From an uncultured delta proteobacterium (GTDB lineage: Bacteria > Desulfobacterota > Binatia > UBA9968): 64,000 nucleotides of DNA. Below the pieces are notes generated by a model that saw only the letters and a list, made by a program, of their open reading frames with translations, searched no databases and was not told where the DNA came from. Each line of letters begins with the position of its first letter. Position 1 is the first letter of the stretch. This document shows, piece after piece, positions 60,775-64,000 of this stretch. The stretch spans positions 160,001 through 224,000 of the forward strand of contig CAVTUQ010000009.1 of NCBI GenBank assembly GCA_963737905.1, read 5' to 3'. The translations under genes were made by a program, and so were the position numbers.

Positions 60775-61111
60775 CTAAAGAGATTTCCTTCTCGGAAAGA
60801 ATCGTCCTAACGATGCAAGTCGTCAATCCACTAGCCAAAGTTAATTCGCGGTGAAACTCGCCACAGCTATTACCATGATCGACTTTATTGCGATCACTAT
60901 CGCTTAGCAACAAAGAACGGATGCTGAATAAATTACGAGCGCGGTGATTGCGAGACTTTGTTTTTCACCTTCTAAATCCAAAATTTAAGAGTATCGAGAA
61001 GGTAGGAAATTACATGCACTGAAGGTTATGACCTTCAGAATTCACAAAACTCTTATCCCAATTTTCGCCCAAAAATTCAGCTCTAACGTAGGAAATCTAA
61101 CATCCAGCTCT

Positions 61112-61128
61112 TAGGCACAAGCTTTGCT
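61112..61128 (+). promoter_or_regulatory. Sigma-54 (-24/-12) promoter
   Basis: taGGCACaagctTTGCt = GG-N10-GC consensus, ~235 bp upstream of the DHOR gene; repeated GTAGGAAAT motifs upstream. Confidence 0.6.
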
Positions 61129-61363
61129 GGTTGTGACGAAGAAATCTAAAAAATTACGAACCGGAGTTTTCTCCGGTCGAGAAATTCCTATTTACATCGC
61201 CGGTGCGGCGACACGGTAAACCTTTGTCCTGTGCCTCCACGGTACCGTAAGAGCACGAGGCGCAACGCCCACGATTGCCAGTTTCATGTTTAAGGAACGT
61301 CATCAAGAAATCTTCGATACCTCGAGCCCAAGTCGAGATTTTTTCTAGAAAGGAAACACCATT

Positions 61364-62703
61364 GTGAAAAAAAAATTATTTGTGTCTTTGTTTTCTATCT
61401 TGGCGCTAGCCGGGTTTCTAATTGCAACCGCGTCATCCCAGTCGCGCCGCCAAAGCCACCGAGATAGATTCCGTCATAACGGCGTGATTGAAGACGAAGA
61501 TCGTTCCGCCTTTGGCGGCCGGAGAAGCGACGCTACTGAAGCGCCCACCGGCTTTGACAATATGACCAACGGTTTCGATGAACAGGGGCCGGATTTCGAG
61601 AGCTTGAATGAGGACACCGTCGTAGCGCTGCGCTCATTTAACGATAACCGGTTTATCTTCGAGGAAGTTGAAAAGATTCAAGACGGGCTTGGGCCCACGT
61701 ATAACGGGCAGAGCTGCAGGGAGTGCCATCAGAACGTCGTCACAGGAGGCGCCAGCCAGGTAGCGGAGCTTCGATCAGGACGCACGGAAGACGGCCAGTT
61801 CTTTGAATCTCTGGGCGGCACCCTTATCCATTCGCGGGCGACCTATCCCGACATCGTGGAGCAGATCACCGACGAGGATAACACCAGAACTTTCCGCATA
61901 TCGACAAACACCCTCGGCAGCGGCTTTGTAGAGGCTATCGCCAACAGCACACTGCTTGCGATCCGTGCAAAACAGCCTCAGGCGATGCGCGGCACGGCCG
62001 TTATGGTTCCGGTACTCGAAGCCAATAGCAACGCGCGTATCGGCCGTTTCGGGTGGAAAAGTCAGCATGCGACCCTCGAATCATTTTCCACCGACGCTTA
62101 CCTCAACGAAATGGGCATCACCACTCCGCTGTTAGCCGAAGAAAACACTTCTAATGGAAAATATGTGGGTTACGGTTCCGGTTATGATCCGGTTCCCGAG
62201 CCGGAGGACGACGGTGAAGATGTTGTGGCCTTCGCGAACTTCATGCGCTCGACGAAAGCCCCGGCGCGCGGGACCGACAACCGACGACGTTTTGGCCGGC
62301 GAAGCGTTGTTTAACAAGGTTGGGTGCGATACTTGCCATACGCCATCGATCACCACGGCCCGCGCGGGAGCGAAGATCAATGGCGGTGTCTTTGTTGTTC
62401 CAGAAGCTCTGGGTAACAAGATTATCCATCCTTACAGCGACTTCTTGTTGCACGACATCGGGACGGGCGACGGCATACCCGTTCTGCCGTTGCCGGAATA
62501 TGCAGCAACAGCGAATCAGATGCGGACGGCTCCGTTGTGGGCGCTCAGAACACGAAACCGCCTGATGCACGATGGTCAGTCGATGACCAAACGGGATGCC
62601 ATCCAGCGTCATGCCGGGCAGGCGGCGAACGTGACGCAATACATTCAACGCGCTCTCCGACGCGGAGAAGAACCAATTGGTAGCGTTCCTGAATTCGCTG
62701 TAA
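61364..62703 (+). CDS. Di-heme oxidoreductase (DHOR family) c-type cytochrome (frameshifts near 62275 and 62642)
   Basis: Signal peptide, DGLGPTYN..SCRECH, GRFGWK, AYLNEMGIT, GCDTCH, YSDFLLHDIG, RTAPLW, LMHDG. Confidence 0.85.
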
Positions 62704-62786
62704 CGGAGAGTATCGAGAGCGTTTCCTTGACACAGAAAGAACCGTCCGATAATGGCTAGGAAGAAACAAATTTCAGGAGAAATGCC

Positions 62787-63935
62787 ATGCAAGTCATCGA
62801 TTCGGACGGGCATCTGCATGAGCCTTTCGATCTCTTCGAACGCCATATAGAGAAAGAATTCTATTCCATGCGTCCTCGCGTGGTGGAACTGCGCGACGAA
62901 CAAAGAGACGAAGGGCGTTGGTTGGTCGAGGGGCGGCTGGTTCCTCGTCTTCCTTTCACCAAGGGTGTTGGTGGTGGCGGCTTCCGATATCAAACGCCGC
63001 GCCACGCCCAGATGAAAGCCAAAGACAATTCACTGGACGACATCGAAGGCCGGCTCCAGGATCTGGACCACATGGCAATTGATTTTCAGGTGGTCTACCC
63101 GACGGCGCTTGTCTGGGTTTTCGACCTGGAAAACAAGGAATTGGCCGCCGCCGTCTGCCGCGCCTACAATAATTACATCGCCGAACAATGCGCGAACGCG
63201 CCCAAGAGATTAAGTGGTGTTGCTCTGCTGCCGATTCAAGATCCGCCGGCGGCTGTCGAAGAAGCGCGGCGCGCCATCCAAAAGCTCGGTTTGCTCGGCG
63301 TTGTCATTCCCGGGATAGTCGGGAAGAAGCCGCTTCACGCTAAAGAGTTCATTCCATTCTTCGAGACGATGAATGAACTGAACGCGCCCATAGGGTTCCA
63401 CGCCGTCACCGGTATGCACTACACGCCGTGGGCGGACTGCTTCACTGATTTTTTCTCCACCCACGTCACGGCGATGCCCTTCTCGATGATGGTGGCGATG
63501 ATGTCGATGGTTCGCTCAGGACTGTTGAAGACGCTGCCTCGTTTGCGCTGCGCGTTCCTGGAGATCGGCGCGAGCTGGTTCCCTTATTGGAATTGGTGGG
63601 TGGGAAAACATATTGAGCATGTCCTGGAGCCGCGCGCGGGCCGCAAAGAAAGCAGCTGGGGCAGAGAGCCTTACGAGTTGCCGTCCACGGTTCATGAGCC
63701 CATCGAAGATATCCTCGAAGGCAGAATCTTGAGCGGCTTTGAAGCGGATGAAAACCTGCGTTCGATTATCGATCAACTCGGCAGCAAGGGATTCATGTAC
63801 GCCAGCGATTATCCCCATAGCGATATGGAATGGGACCGCGTTCAGTCGATCAAACGATCCGAGGCTCTAACCGCCGCGGAGAAGGCTGACCTGTTGGGTG
63901 AAAATGCCCGGCGCTTCTACAATTTGGAGATTTGA
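62787..63935 (+). CDS. Amidohydrolase family 2 protein
   Basis: VIDSDGH, QVVYPT, YNN, FLEIG, YASDYPH. Confidence 0.9.
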   Translation: MQVIDSDGHLHEPFDLFERHIEKEFYSMRPRVVELRDEQRDEGRWLVEGRLVPRLPFTKGVGGGGFRYQTPRHAQMKAKDNSLDDIEGRLQDLDHMAIDFQVVYPTALVWVFDLENKELAAAVCRAYNNYIAEQCANAPKRLSGVALLPIQDPPAAVEEARRAIQKLGLLGVVIPGIVGKKPLHAKEFIPFFETMNELNAPIGFHAVTGMHYTPWADCFTDFFSTHVTAMPFSMMVAMMSMVRSGLLKTLPRLRCAFLEIGASWFPYWNWWVGKHIEHVLEPRAGRKESSWGREPYELPSTVHEPIEDILEGRILSGFEADENLRSIIDQLGSKGFMYASDYPHSDMEWDRVQSIKRSEALTAAEKADLLGENARRFYNLEI

Positions 63936-64000
63936 AATCTTTATAGGCTCCTTAAAGTAGCCCTCCCGCTGATCGAAGCACGGCTGCTCGAAAAAAAGCG

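Noticed and set aside
18344-62703. Programmed ribosomal frameshifting in split genes
   Set aside because: Too many unrelated genes are affected, with no consistent slippery-site/pseudoknot pattern; sequencing indels are more parsimonious

Overview
This is a bacterial window (moderately GC-rich) dense in catabolic and solute-binding genes. The gene content (many orphan NMT1/TctC binding proteins, amidohydrolases, cupins, Rieske and CoA-dependent enzymes, short-period intergenic repeat hairpins) resembles Candidatus Binatia/Deltaproteobacteria-like MAGs; that assignment is inference. Many genes carry single-base frameshifts typical of uncorrected long-read assembly. 1-28 kb: CoA-dependent acyl/aromatic catabolism, with a complementary ACAD pair, a thiolase-like/DUF35 pair, crotonases including two hydroxycinnamoyl-CoA hydratase-lyase-like genes, an acyl-CoA ligase and a fused CaiB. 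Periodic-repeat hairpins punctuate this region, and an MNT antitoxin fragment is inserted in one crotonase. 29.6-39.4 kb: LysR-controlled aromatic ring-degradation cluster (Rieske oxygenase, 4,5-dihydroxyphthalate decarboxylase-like, DesZ-like extradiol dioxygenase, two bicupins). 47-50.3 kb: the best candidate for an undescribed system, a MamK-like actin outside any magnetosome context, overlapping a membrane-anchored peptidoglycan amidase gene and followed by an outer-membrane beta-barrel-like lipoprotein. 51.9-58.7 kb: transglutaminase-DUF2126 / circularly permuted ATP-grasp-alpha-E / transglutaminase operon with an intergenic MSQQSQ micro-ORF. 61-64 kb: di-heme oxidoreductase with a sigma-54 promoter, and an amidohydrolase. 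No rRNA, tRNA, CRISPR array or intact transposase was recognised.
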